Below, piece by piece: positions 8,136 through 16,795 of a stretch of 64,000 nt of DNA. This DNA is from an uncultured Chloroflexia bacterium (lineage in GTDB: Bacteria > Chloroflexota > Limnocylindria > Limnocylindrales > CSP1-4). The DNA lies in assembly GCA_963697415.1 (NCBI GenBank), contig CAVONW010000003.1, positions 2,427,821 through 2,491,820 on the forward strand. The letters run 5' to 3'. A program made the translations under genes and the position numbers. Numbering within the stretch: position 1 is the first letter of the stretch; each line of letters starts with the position of its first letter. The notes below the pieces were generated by a model. That model was given only the letters and a program-made list of their open reading frames with translations, was not told where the DNA came from and did not search any database.

Positions 8136-10769
8136 GAGAACTTCACGTTCGTCTCGCTGGGCATGGTCGCCATCGTCGCTCTCGTGTTGTGGCGGTTCCG
8201 CTCATCATTCGACCTGCTCAAGCACAACGAGCGGCGGCTGGTGGATAGCGAGCGCAACCTCGCCGAGGCCCAGCGGATCGTCGCACGTTGGGAGCTGGGA
8301 GCGAGACCTCGCACACAAACACGTATCGCGTGCTCGGACGAGCTACTCCGAATCTTGGGCCTGGAGCGAGACACGTTCGATGGGACGATCGGCGGCGGTG
8401 CTCAACACCATCCACCCCGACGATCGGTCAGGGTGGTCCGCGACGCTACAACGCTGGGTGTCGGCCAATTGCCAGCGATCGAGTATCGGATCCTGCGGCC
8501 CAACGGGACACTGCGAGTCGTCCACGAGGAGGCGGACGGTCGTCCGCGATGCGGCCGGTGTGCCGGCTGCGATATGTCGGGACAATCGCAGGATATCACC
8601 GAGCGGCTGGCCGCAGAGCGGCACCGAGCCCGTCTGGCGATGGCCATTGAGCATACTGTCGACGCCGTCGAGATCACCGACCTCGAGGGCCGGATCGAGT
8701 ACGTGAACCCGGCCTTCGAGCGGAACACCGGCTATACGCTCAACGACGTGCGTGGCCAGAACGCGCGCATCCTCAAGAGCGGGGTCCAGGGAACCGAGTT
8801 CTATGCCGGGATGTGGGCCACCCTCACCGATGGCCGGTCATTCACCTCGGACATCACGAACCGCCGCAAGGACGGCACGCTCTTCACCGAAGAGGCCGTC
8901 ATTTCGCCCGTGACGGATCCCGATGGGACGACCACTGGCTACGTGGCAGTCAAGCGCGATGTCACGGCGGAGCGCGCGGCGGAGCAGGAGCGAGCGCGGC
9001 TGGCATCCGCCGTCGAGCAGACCACCGACTCGATCATCATGTACCGCCCGGACCTCATGATCGAGTACGTCAACCCGGCGTTCAGCCGCCTGTACGGCTA
9101 CGCCGCCGACGAGGTCGTCGGCGGGGGCCCGGACTTCCTGACCAGCGGCCGCTACGAGCCCGTGTTCTGGACGAACCTGTGGGCGTCGGTCGCGAGCGGC
9201 GTGCCCTGGACGGGCGTGATCGTCAACAAGTGCGCCGACGGCTCGCTGGTCGAGGTCGATACGGTCATCGCGGCCCTGCGCGATGCCGCCGGTGCGATCA
9301 CCAACTACGTCCAGACGGACCGCGACGTCACCCGCGAGCGGGCGCTCGAGGGCGCCCTCGAGCGGGAGGCCCGGGAGCGCGAGGCGATCGAGGCGGCCCT
9401 CAGCCGGATCGACCCGGAGGGGTCACCCGAGGCGATCGCCGGATCCGCCTGCGCCGAGATCATCGGGCTCGAGGGGATCGAGTCGGCCTGGGCGATCGGC
9501 CTCGGCGCCGACGGCGGCCGGATCCTGGCCGAGACGGGCCTGATCGGCGAGACGCTGCATGCCGGAGACCCGATCCCCGCTGCCCGGGCGGCCTACCTCC
9601 GCGAGCGGGCCGCGCGCGGGCCGTGGGCGGAGGCCTGGCGGGCCCGGCCCGAGGACGGCACGTACGGCGAGATGATCAGCGCGACCGGGCTCCACACCGC
9701 GGTCTACGCGCCGCTCCGGGGGGCCCACGGCGTCGTCGGGGTGATCGGCTTCGGGGCCCACGACCCGGCCAACGCGGACCGGATGATCGAGCGCCTGCCG
9801 GCCCTCGCCACGTTCGGTTCGATCCTCGGCTCGCTCGTCGCCCCCGCGCTCGAGGCCCGCCACCGGCTCGACGACGCGCGGGCCGGCATCGCGGCGACGA
9901 TCGCGGCCGGGGCCTTTACGCCGTTCTTCCAGCCGATCGCCGATCTTCACAGCGGGGCAGTCGTCGGGTACGAGGCGCTGACCCGGTTCGCCGACGGGAC
10001 TCGCCCGGACGTCATGTTCGGCCTGGCCGACCGGGCCGGGATCGGACTCGAGCTCGAGGAGGCCACCCTGGCCGTGGCCCTCGACGCGGCGGCCTCGATC
10101 GTCCTTGCGCCCGATGCCTATCTCAGCCTCAACGTCAGCCCGGCGATGATCGCCTCGGGTCGGCTCCGGCCGCTCCTGGCCGGCTCCGAGCGGCCGATCG
10201 CCCTCGAGATCACCGAGCACGTCGTCATCGAGGACTACGTCGCCCTGCGGCGCAACCTCAAGGCCCTCGGTCCGCACGTCCGGCTGGCGGTCGACGATGC
10301 CGGGGCCGGCTACTCCAGCCTGCGCCACGTCCTCGAGCTCAAGCCGAACTACGTCAAGCTCGATATGGGCCTCGTCCGCGGGATCGATCGCGATCCCGCC
10401 CGACAGGCCCTCATCGCGGGCATCGGCTACTTCGCGGTCAAGCGCAAGGTCCGCCTCGTGGCCGAGGGGATCGAGACCACCGCCGAGCTCAAGACCCTCC
10501 GGGAGCTGGCGATCCCGTACGGCCAGGGCTACCTGCTGGGCGGCCCCAGGACGGCCGCGGCCCGGGACCGTGGCCCGAGAGGATCGCGCTCGTGGCGGCG
10601 GCACCCAGGGACGACACCGGGAACGCCGTCGAGTCTTGAACTTGGACCGGCAGGCCCGGCGACCCCGTCCGGCCCAAGCATGGCCGCATCGCGCTTCGAA
10701 CAGACACTCCCGGCATCGGGCAGCGGTTCAACGCGTTCGAGAAGGGGTGGTAGCGGAGGGCGGATTTGA
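8133..10769 (+). CDS. PAS-PAS-PAS-GAF-EAL cyclic-di-GMP phosphodiesterase (sensor); 5' region carries multiple apparent frameshifts
   Basis: EAL domain with ...EALTRF...EITEHVVIED...DDAGAGYSSL...KLDMGLVRG...AEGIET; PAS motifs NPAFERNTGY / NPAFSRLYGY; no GGDEF. The HPDDR and IEYRILRPNG parts of PAS1 sit in different frames (8390-8490). The low-complexity C-tail overlaps tRNA-Met by 22 nt. Confidence 0.75.
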   Translation: MENFTFVSLGMVAIVALVLWRFRSSFDLLKHNERRLVDSERNLAEAQRIVARWELGARPRTQTRIACSDELLRILGLERDTFDGTIGGGAQHHPPRRSVRVVRDATTLGVGQLPAIEYRILRPNGTLRVVHEEADGRPRCGRCAGCDMSGQSQDITERLAAERHRARLAMAIEHTVDAVEITDLEGRIEYVNPAFERNTGYTLNDVRGQNARILKSGVQGTEFYAGMWATLTDGRSFTSDITNRRKDGTLFTEEAVISPVTDPDGTTTGYVAVKRDVTAERAAEQERARLASAVEQTTDSIIMYRPDLMIEYVNPAFSRLYGYAADEVVGGGPDFLTSGRYEPVFWTNLWASVASGVPWTGVIVNKCADGSLVEVDTVIAALRDAAGAITNYVQTDRDVTRERALEGALEREAREREAIEAALSRIDPEGSPEAIAGSACAEIIGLEGIESAWAIGLGADGGRILAETGLIGETLHAGDPIPAARAAYLRERAARGPWAEAWRARPEDGTYGEMISATGLHTAVYAPLRGAHGVVGVIGFGAHDPANADRMIERLPALATFGSILGSLVAPALEARHRLDDARAGIAATIAAGAFTPFFQPIADLHSGAVVGYEALTRFADGTRPDVMFGLADRAGIGLELEEATLAVALDAAASIVLAPDAYLSLNVSPAMIASGRLRPLLAGSERPIALEITEHVVIEDYVALRRNLKALGPHVRLAVDDAGAGYSSLRHVLELKPNYVKLDMGLVRGIDRDPARQALIAGIGYFAVKRKVRLVAEGIETTAELKTLRELAIPYGQGYLLGGPRTAAARDRGPRGSRSWRRHPGTTPGTPSSLELGPAGPATPSGPSMAASRFEQTLPASGSGSTRSRRGGSGGRI

Positions 10770-10822
10770 ACCACCGACCAAGGGCTTATGAGTCCCCTGC
10801 TCTACCACTGAGCTACTCCGCC
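10748..10822 (-). tRNA. tRNA-Met (anticodon CAU), 75 nt, CCA encoded
   Basis: Reverse complement folds as GGCGGAG-TA-GCTC-AGTGGTA-GAGC-A-GGGGA-CTCATAA-GCCCT-TGGTC-GGTGG-TTCAAAT-CCGCC-CTCCGCT-A-CCA. It has U33 and A37; the anticodon stem carries three G:C pairs but an A31/G39 mismatch. Confidence 0.85.
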
Positions 10823-10851
10823 GCGTTCAGCATTCTATCGCACGACCGAAT

Positions 10852-11514
10852 TCAATCGGCTCGCAGGTCCCCTGCAGAGCGGTCAGCCGGGCCCGAACAG
10901 GACCTGCAGCCAGCTCTCGAGCGGCCCTCCTCCGGCCGGCTCAGCCCCAGTCGGACGGCCGCGGAGCCGGGCGCACCCTCGGGCAGCGGCGATGCGCCCA
11001 CCTCGAGCGCGAAGGGGACCTCGGCGACGGTACCGAGCCGGAACGCGCGGGCCTGCTGGTCGATGTATCGACCCTCCTGGATGAGCTTGAGCTCCCGCTG
11101 CATGGCACCGACCTGCGCCTCGAGGGCGGCGTTGGACGCTCGCAGCGCGTCGGCATGGGCCGATGCCGACGATGCCGTCGCAACCTGCCGGCCGAACGAA
11201 ACCACGCCCAGCGCCAGGACCACGATGGCGACCACCTGGAGCAGGCGCCTCGGCGAAATGCCCGCCATCGGAAGTGCCCCGGGATCAGGGCCTGTCACGG
11301 GATCTGGCCGAGGCACGTGAACCGATCGAGACTCGCGGGTCGCTTCGGACTGGTCGCGCGACGCGACTTCGGTCGAGGGGGCCGTGGCGTCGCCCCTGCC
11401 GTCGTGGTCCCGCAGGAACGCCGGCATCGCCGAAAGGTCGGACTGCCCGGCAGGATGGACGAGCCGCGGTTCGAACGTTTCGGCGGGGGTCTCGGGGGCC
11501 GACGGGTGGTCCAT
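10852..11514 (-). CDS. septum formation initiator (FtsB/DivIC-like) membrane protein
   Basis: TM LLQVVAIVVLALGVVSF followed by coiled coil and ...QEGRYIDQQARAFRLGTVAEVPF, matching the FtsB/DivIC C-terminal motif. The N-terminal extent is uncertain (alternative ATG 11268). Confidence 0.6.
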   Translation of the reverse strand: MDHPSAPETPAETFEPRLVHPAGQSDLSAMPAFLRDHDGRGDATAPSTEVASRDQSEATRESRSVHVPRPDPVTGPDPGALPMAGISPRRLLQVVAIVVLALGVVSFGRQVATASSASAHADALRASNAALEAQVGAMQRELKLIQEGRYIDQQARAFRLGTVAEVPFALEVGASPLPEGAPGSAAVRLGLSRPEEGRSRAGCRSCSGPADRSAGDLRAD

Positions 11515-11628
11515 GGGCGGCGAGCGTAGCTAACCCGCAGCTGTCAGTCAACCACCATTCGCGGATCAGTTGAGCGCGTGCCATCCAAGGTGGCACAAAC
11601 AGTGGGCACGCTGCGTGTACCCTGTTCA

Positions 11629-11643
11629 TCGAACACCCGTTCG
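11629..11643 (+). promoter_or_regulatory. LexA SOS/Cheo box TCGAAC-ACCC-GTTCG upstream of mrfA
   Basis: Exact match to CGAAC-N4-GTTCG, 17 nt upstream of the mrfA ATG (11661) and just upstream of its RBS GGAGGAA. A nearby 6-bp inverted repeat GTGCCA...TGGCAC lies at 11578-11596. Confidence 0.6.
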
Positions 11644-11660
11644 GTTTGGAGGAACACCGC

Positions 11661-13982
11661 ATGCGAACCTATGCCCCCGCCCTGACCGATGCCGTGCTCA
11701 CCCGGCTCCTCGAGGAGCCGTCGCTGGCCTCCGCGGTTGTCCATCACGAGGTCTTGCCCGCACGGGAGGCCGAGACCGCCCCGTTCCCCGATTGGCTGGA
11801 CGAGCGCATTGCGAACGGCCTGCGATCCCGAGGGATCACCTCGCTGTACGCCCATCAGGCCACGGCCATCGACGCGGTTCACGCGGGACAGGACGTGGTC
11901 GTCGTCACGCCCACGGCGTCCGGCAAGACCCTGTGCTACACGCTGCCCGTTCTCCAGGCGCTCGCCGAGGATCCCTCGGCGCGGGCACTCTTCCTCTTTC
12001 CCACCAAGGCCCTCGGGCAGGACCAGGTTGCCGAGCTCGCCGGACTCTCGAGCGCGAGCGGTCTCGCCATCGCCGCCGCCACCTATGACGGGGACACACC
12101 GGCGCCCATCCGGTCGGCCATCCGGACCGCCGGCCAGGTGGTCGTCACGAACCCGGACATGCTCCACTCCGCGATCCTGCCCCACCACACGAAGTGGTTC
12201 CAGCTGTTCGAGCAGGTCACGGTCATCGTGATCGATGAGCTGCATACCTACCGCGGCGTCTTCGGGAGCCACGTCGCCAATGTCCTGCGCCGGCTGCTCC
12301 GCCTGTGCCGCCACTACGGATCGAACCCGGTCATCGTGTGTGCATCGGCCACGATCGGAAACCCGGCCGAGCTGGCCGCCCAGCTCACCGGGCGGTCGCC
12401 GCGACTCATCGACCGCAACGGCGCACCGCGGGGTGAGCGGCACCTCGTGCTCGTCAACCCGCCGATCCTCGACCAGGCCACGGGAGCCCGGACGTCGGCA
12501 CTCAGCCATGCCCAGCGCTGGGCGTTGCCGTTCCTCCGGGCCGGCCGCCAGACGATCGTCTTCGGGCGTTCGAGGGTGGCCGTGGAGATCCTGCTGACCG
12601 GCATTCGCGAAGCCCTGCGCGAGCATCTCGGGCCCCGGTCTCGCATTCGCGGCTACCGCGGCGGCTACCTGCCCACCGAGCGGCGGTCGATCGAGCGGGG
12701 CCTGCGTGATGGCGAGATCCTCGGCGTCGTTTCGACCAATGCCCTCGAGCTGGGAGTGGACATCGGATCCCTCGATGTCGCCGTCCTGTCCGGATACCCG
12801 GGCTCGGTTGCCGGGACGTGGCAGCAGCTCGGTCGAGCCGGACGGCGCCTCGAGCCATCCGTGGGCATCCTCGTCGCCTCGGCGTCCCCGGTGGACCAGT
12901 ACGTGATCCACCATCCGGAGTTCCTGCTCGATCGCTCCCCGGAAGAGGCTCGAGTGGATCCGGACAACCTCCACATCCTGCTGGCCCACCTGCGCTGTGC
13001 GACCTTCGAGCGGCCGTTCGAGCCGGGTGAGGTCTTCGGGCCGTCCCCGGCAGACGATCTCCTGGCCTTCCTCGGCGAGGAGGGCCAGGTTCGCCAGGCT
13101 GGCGATGGTCGCTGGTACTGGAGCTCGGAGAACTTCCCGGCGTCCGAGGTGAGCCTGCGGGCCGCCGCTCCGGAGAACGTCGTGATCATCGACACCTCAC
13201 CGGATCGGCCACGGGTGCTCGGCGAGGTGGACCTCTTCTCGGCCCAGGTCCTCGTCCACGAGCGGGCGATCTACATCCACGACTCCGTCCAGTACTACGT
13301 TGACCGGCTCGAGTGGGGCGAGCGCAAGGCGTACGTCCATCGCGTTGATGTGGACCACTACACCTATGCCAACCGGGCCGTGACGCTCAAGCCGCTCGAC
13401 GTGTTCGCCGACGCGCCTGCCACGGGCGGCCGTCGCGTCCACGGAGAGGTCATGGTGGCCAGCCTCGTCACGCTGTTCAAGAAGCTCAAGTTCGGGACGG
13501 ACGAAAACGTCGGCTGGGGCCCGATCGATCTTCCCGAGCTCGAACTCCAGACAACCGCCTACTGGGTGACCGCAGAGGCCGCGTCGGCCGGCTGGCGGCG
13601 GGACGATCTGGATGTTGCGCTGATCGGCGCCGGACGAGCGCTCCAGGCGGTCGCCGCGGTGCTCCTCATGGTCGATCCGCGCGATCTCGGCCTTGTCTCG
13701 CAGGTTCGTTCGCCGCACCAGGAGTCCCCGACCATCTACCTGTACGAGGCAATGCCCGGCGGAGTCGGCCTGTCCGAGCGCCTGTGGACACGCCATGACG
13801 AACTCGTCGCCGGAGCCGCGGACCTCGTGATGGCGTGTTCGTGCGACAGTGGCTGCCCGGCCTGCACCGGGCCGCGGCTCGATCCGCTCGTGGACGCGAA
13901 GGCCCTGGCGCTGCGCCTCCTGCGCGACCTCGGCGCGACGAACGCGGGTCCGTCAGGCGTCGTGACCGCGCGCGTGGCCTGA
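11661..13982 (+). CDS. mrfA: DEXH-box helicase with C-terminal DUF1998 four-Cys domain (MrfA/YprA-like)
   Basis: Motif I TPTASGKT, motif II VIVIDELH, and the C-terminal CSCDSGCPACTG zinc cluster. ATG 11661 has an RBS (the track ORF starts at TTG 11646). Confidence 0.85.
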   Translation: MRTYAPALTDAVLTRLLEEPSLASAVVHHEVLPAREAETAPFPDWLDERIANGLRSRGITSLYAHQATAIDAVHAGQDVVVVTPTASGKTLCYTLPVLQALAEDPSARALFLFPTKALGQDQVAELAGLSSASGLAIAAATYDGDTPAPIRSAIRTAGQVVVTNPDMLHSAILPHHTKWFQLFEQVTVIVIDELHTYRGVFGSHVANVLRRLLRLCRHYGSNPVIVCASATIGNPAELAAQLTGRSPRLIDRNGAPRGERHLVLVNPPILDQATGARTSALSHAQRWALPFLRAGRQTIVFGRSRVAVEILLTGIREALREHLGPRSRIRGYRGGYLPTERRSIERGLRDGEILGVVSTNALELGVDIGSLDVAVLSGYPGSVAGTWQQLGRAGRRLEPSVGILVASASPVDQYVIHHPEFLLDRSPEEARVDPDNLHILLAHLRCATFERPFEPGEVFGPSPADDLLAFLGEEGQVRQAGDGRWYWSSENFPASEVSLRAAAPENVVIIDTSPDRPRVLGEVDLFSAQVLVHERAIYIHDSVQYYVDRLEWGERKAYVHRVDVDHYTYANRAVTLKPLDVFADAPATGGRRVHGEVMVASLVTLFKKLKFGTDENVGWGPIDLPELELQTTAYWVTAEAASAGWRRDDLDVALIGAGRALQAVAAVLLMVDPRDLGLVSQVRSPHQESPTIYLYEAMPGGVGLSERLWTRHDELVAGAADLVMACSCDSGCPACTGPRLDPLVDAKALALRLLRDLGATNAGPSGVVTARVA

Positions 13983-13990
13983 GACGGGCC

Positions 13991-15538
13991 ATGACGATCG
14001 CCCTGGAACGCCGACTCGCCAATTTCCGGACCGCCGCTGGGGCGGATACCCGCGAGCGGTCCGCCGACCGGGCGAGGCTCGTGGCGATCGGTGCGGAGCG
14101 ACTCGCGGCCGAGGTGGACGGCGAGCTGGTGCGAACGCCGTCCGGCAACTTCGTGCGCGTGGAGCGGCGGTCAACGTTCGTCCCGGTGGACCGCGATCGC
14201 CTCTCCGGCCTGCCTGGCCAGCCTCCCCCGGGCGTTCCGCTGGTCTGCCTCGACACGGAGACGACAGGCCTGGCGACCGCATCGGGAACCCTCGCGTTCC
14301 TGGTCGGATTGGGCTGGTGGGAAGGCCCACGCTTCCGGCAGGTCCAGCTCCTGCTTCCCGACCATGCGGACGAACCGGCACTCCTCGAGGAGCTTCGGCG
14401 GCACATCCCGGACCACGCGTGGCTGGTGACGTACAACGGGCGCGGCTTCGACTGGCCGTTGCTCGTGGCGCGGTACCGGATGTGGCAGAGCGGCGCTCCC
14501 GCCCATGCCGGACATCTTGACCTCCTTCCGGTCGTTCGGCGCCTCTTCCGGCATCGGATGCCTGACGCACGCCTCCAGACGGCTGAGGCGGAGCTCCTCG
14601 GACTCCACCGCCACGACGACATCCCTGGCTCGGAGATCCCTGCCCGCTACCTCCAGTTCCTTCGCGACGGGGAGCCTGCCCGTCTCATCGAGATCGTCCG
14701 CCACAACGACGAGGACGTCCGGTCCCTGGCGCGGCTCCTGGCCCACATCGAGGTCGGGCTAGGGGACGCCACCGCGCGACGGGCCGCGCCGCCCGGCGAC
14801 CTCGCGGGCCTGGCCCGGTCCTTCGCCGGCCACCGGCGGTTCGATGAGGCGCTGGAGTGCGTTGACTCGGCGATCGCCGGTCTCGAACCGCCGGCGCAGG
14901 CGAGTGCACCGGTGGGCACGGTCCCGCGGCAGCGAGTGATCCGCGAGGAGGTGGACGACTGGTGGTCGCCCCGCCGCCGGCCGGACTTCGGTGGACGTTT
15001 CGGCCGACCGGGCGCGGCGTCGGCGCTGCGGTCCGTGGCCGGGGACCGGCTGGACGCGGGCTGGACGCCGCTGCGACTCACCGGGGAGCGAGCGCGACTC
15101 CTCAGACGGCTCGGGCGGTACGTCGAGGCGGAGACGGCCTGGCTCGGCGTGGCCGATTCGGGGGGAACGCTGGGAGCCATTGCCTGGGTAGAGATCGCCA
15201 AGATCCGGGAGCACCAGCGTCGCGATCTCGAGGCGGCGATGGCCGCCACGTTGGCAGCCCTCCGTTTCATCGAGCGCCGCCGCCTCACGGGTCGCCCGGA
15301 TGCCCGCCTGGAGCGAGATCTGGAACGGCGTGCGGGTCGACTCCGCGTCAGGATCGCCCGGCGCGAGCGCAGGTCGGCAACGAACCCCGCCGGCTCGTCA
15401 GCCGAGGTCGACCTCGGAACTCGTCGGGGACGCGCCGCCGGGAAAGGAGCTCTGCAGGCGGGCGCTGACCGCGGCCAGGGTCGGGACCCCGAGGAGACCG
15501 GGGGCCTCGACGACGAGCGAAGCCACCGCGGCCGCTAA
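13991..15538 (+). CDS. mrfB: RNase H-fold DEDD exonuclease with C-terminal TPR-like region (MrfB/YprB-like)
   Basis: Exo motifs VCLDTETTGL, LVTYNGRGFDWPLL, HNDEDVRSL. The ATG sits 9 nt after the mrfA stop. The 3' 140 nt overlap convergent pfkB, so the true stop is uncertain. Confidence 0.75.
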   Translation: MTIALERRLANFRTAAGADTRERSADRARLVAIGAERLAAEVDGELVRTPSGNFVRVERRSTFVPVDRDRLSGLPGQPPPGVPLVCLDTETTGLATASGTLAFLVGLGWWEGPRFRQVQLLLPDHADEPALLEELRRHIPDHAWLVTYNGRGFDWPLLVARYRMWQSGAPAHAGHLDLLPVVRRLFRHRMPDARLQTAEAELLGLHRHDDIPGSEIPARYLQFLRDGEPARLIEIVRHNDEDVRSLARLLAHIEVGLGDATARRAAPPGDLAGLARSFAGHRRFDEALECVDSAIAGLEPPAQASAPVGTVPRQRVIREEVDDWWSPRRRPDFGGRFGRPGAASALRSVAGDRLDAGWTPLRLTGERARLLRRLGRYVEAETAWLGVADSGGTLGAIAWVEIAKIREHQRRDLEAAMAATLAALRFIERRRLTGRPDARLERDLERRAGRLRVRIARRERRSATNPAGSSAEVDLGTRRGRAAGKGALQAGADRGQGRDPEETGGLDDERSHRGR

Positions 15539-16327
15539 CCTGAGGTCGGCGTCGCGACGGCCTGACGCGGCGAGCGCGTGGCCGAGTCGAGCGGCGACCA
15601 GGGACGCGAGGAACGCGTCTCCCGCACCGGTCGGGTCGATGGTGGTTGCCGCCGGGATCGCCGGATACGTCCGGATTCGCCGCCGACCGTCACGGTCGAG
15701 TTCCACCAGGGTCCCGGCCGAGGTTCCGTCCGTCAGAAGAAGGGTCGCCGGCGGACTGAGCAGGTCCGCAAGATCTGAAGGACTGACGTCCGGGCCGATG
15801 TCTTCCCTGCTCAGGCCCACGAGCTCCGCCCGCTCGACGAGCGGTGAGACCCGCGGACGCCGTCGGGTCACGCTCTGTCCACGTGCGAGATGCCGGAGCA
15901 ACCCCTGCCAGCCCAGACCCACCAGCGCATTGCGGCTGGGCACGGTCGCCCAGGCGTCGGGAAGCTCGTCCGCAACCGGCACCAGCAGCCAGGCTTCGGC
16001 ATCCATCCACCCGGAGGGACCCACCGGCGGGATTCGGGCGCCTCGCTCGACGCAGACCTGGACACGGCCGCTCGGCATCTCGTGGTTTTCGAATACAGGA
16101 CCCGTCGGGAGGCGGACCAGTCGCACATCGGCACCAGCGTCGCGGAGCAGGTTCAGCTCGCTCGCGGACGCGGCGTCCTCGTCGACTCCCAGGAGGATGC
16201 GCGGCCGGAGGCCGAGGCGAGCAAGGGTCAATCCCGCGAACGCGGCCGCCCCGCCAAGGCGCCATCCACGCGGGTCGTCCACGGTCACGTCACGTGACGC
16301 GGAGCCCACGACGACCGGGGGCGTCAC
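15398..16327 (-). CDS. PfkB-family carbohydrate/ribokinase-like kinase
   Basis: DPTGAGDAFLASL signature and N-terminal GG motif region. Confidence 0.8.
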   Translation of the reverse strand: MTPPVVVGSASRDVTVDDPRGWRLGGAAAFAGLTLARLGLRPRILLGVDEDAASASELNLLRDAGADVRLVRLPTGPVFENHEMPSGRVQVCVERGARIPPVGPSGWMDAEAWLLVPVADELPDAWATVPSRNALVGLGWQGLLRHLARGQSVTRRRPRVSPLVERAELVGLSREDIGPDVSPSDLADLLSPPATLLLTDGTSAGTLVELDRDGRRRIRTYPAIPAATTIDPTGAGDAFLASLVAARLGHALAASGRRDADLRLAAAVASLVVEAPGLLGVPTLAAVSARLQSSFPGGASPTSSEVDLG

Positions 16328-16392
16328 ACCCCTTGGCCCCTATACTCGACCGACCGGTCGCGGCCTGTGACCCCCCGACGAGGAGCGAGACG

Positions 16393-16761
16393 ATGCATTT
16401 CTACGAGCTCCACGAAGGTGACGCGGAGCAGTTCTTCGACGTCCTCATGTTCCGCGAAGAAGAGATGGACGCGGACGAGTTCTTCACGATCGTCCAGTCG
16501 ATTCGTCGCCAGGTCCAGGATTCATATGAGACCGACTCGTTGATCGAGGCCATCGCGGAGGAGCTGGAGCGGAACTACGGATTTGTGTTCGTGTCCGATG
16601 ACCGGCTGACCGCCGCGGTCAACGTCAGCAAGATCGAGGAGGACAACTTCCTCGCCGAACTCGAGAGCGGCGAGATCGATGACGCGGAGTTTGGCGCCGC
16701 AGACGTCGACTACCGGGCCGTGTACGCCGACTTCGAGCCGACCGAACCGGACCCGAACTGA
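16393..16761 (+). CDS. small hyper-acidic protein (about 122 aa; about 38 D/E against about 7 K/R/H), function unknown
   Basis: ATG 16393 preceded by AGGAG (16381-16385). Protein reads MHFYELHEGDAEQFFDVLMFREEEMDADEFF...; no recognisable domain. Confidence 0.65.
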   Translation: MHFYELHEGDAEQFFDVLMFREEEMDADEFFTIVQSIRRQVQDSYETDSLIEAIAEELERNYGFVFVSDDRLTAAVNVSKIEEDNFLAELESGEIDDAEFGAADVDYRAVYADFEPTEPDPN

Positions 16762-16795
16762 CGCCGGGCTCACGACCGCGCGGACCGGGCGCTCA

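Noticed and set aside
10748-11650. tRNA-Met as an integration hotspot for a genomic island
   Set aside because: No integrase, no direct repeat of the tRNA 3' end, and the flanking genes (EAL sensor, FtsB-like, mrfAB) are chromosomal in character.
11661-13982. Helicase + DUF1998 as DISARM DrmA or Druantia DruE
   Set aside because: No DrmB/DrmC/methylase or DruH-type partner genes. Size (778 aa) and the adjacent DEDD exonuclease fit the MrfA/MrfB (YprA/YprB) repair pair instead. The defence possibility is retained only as a remark.
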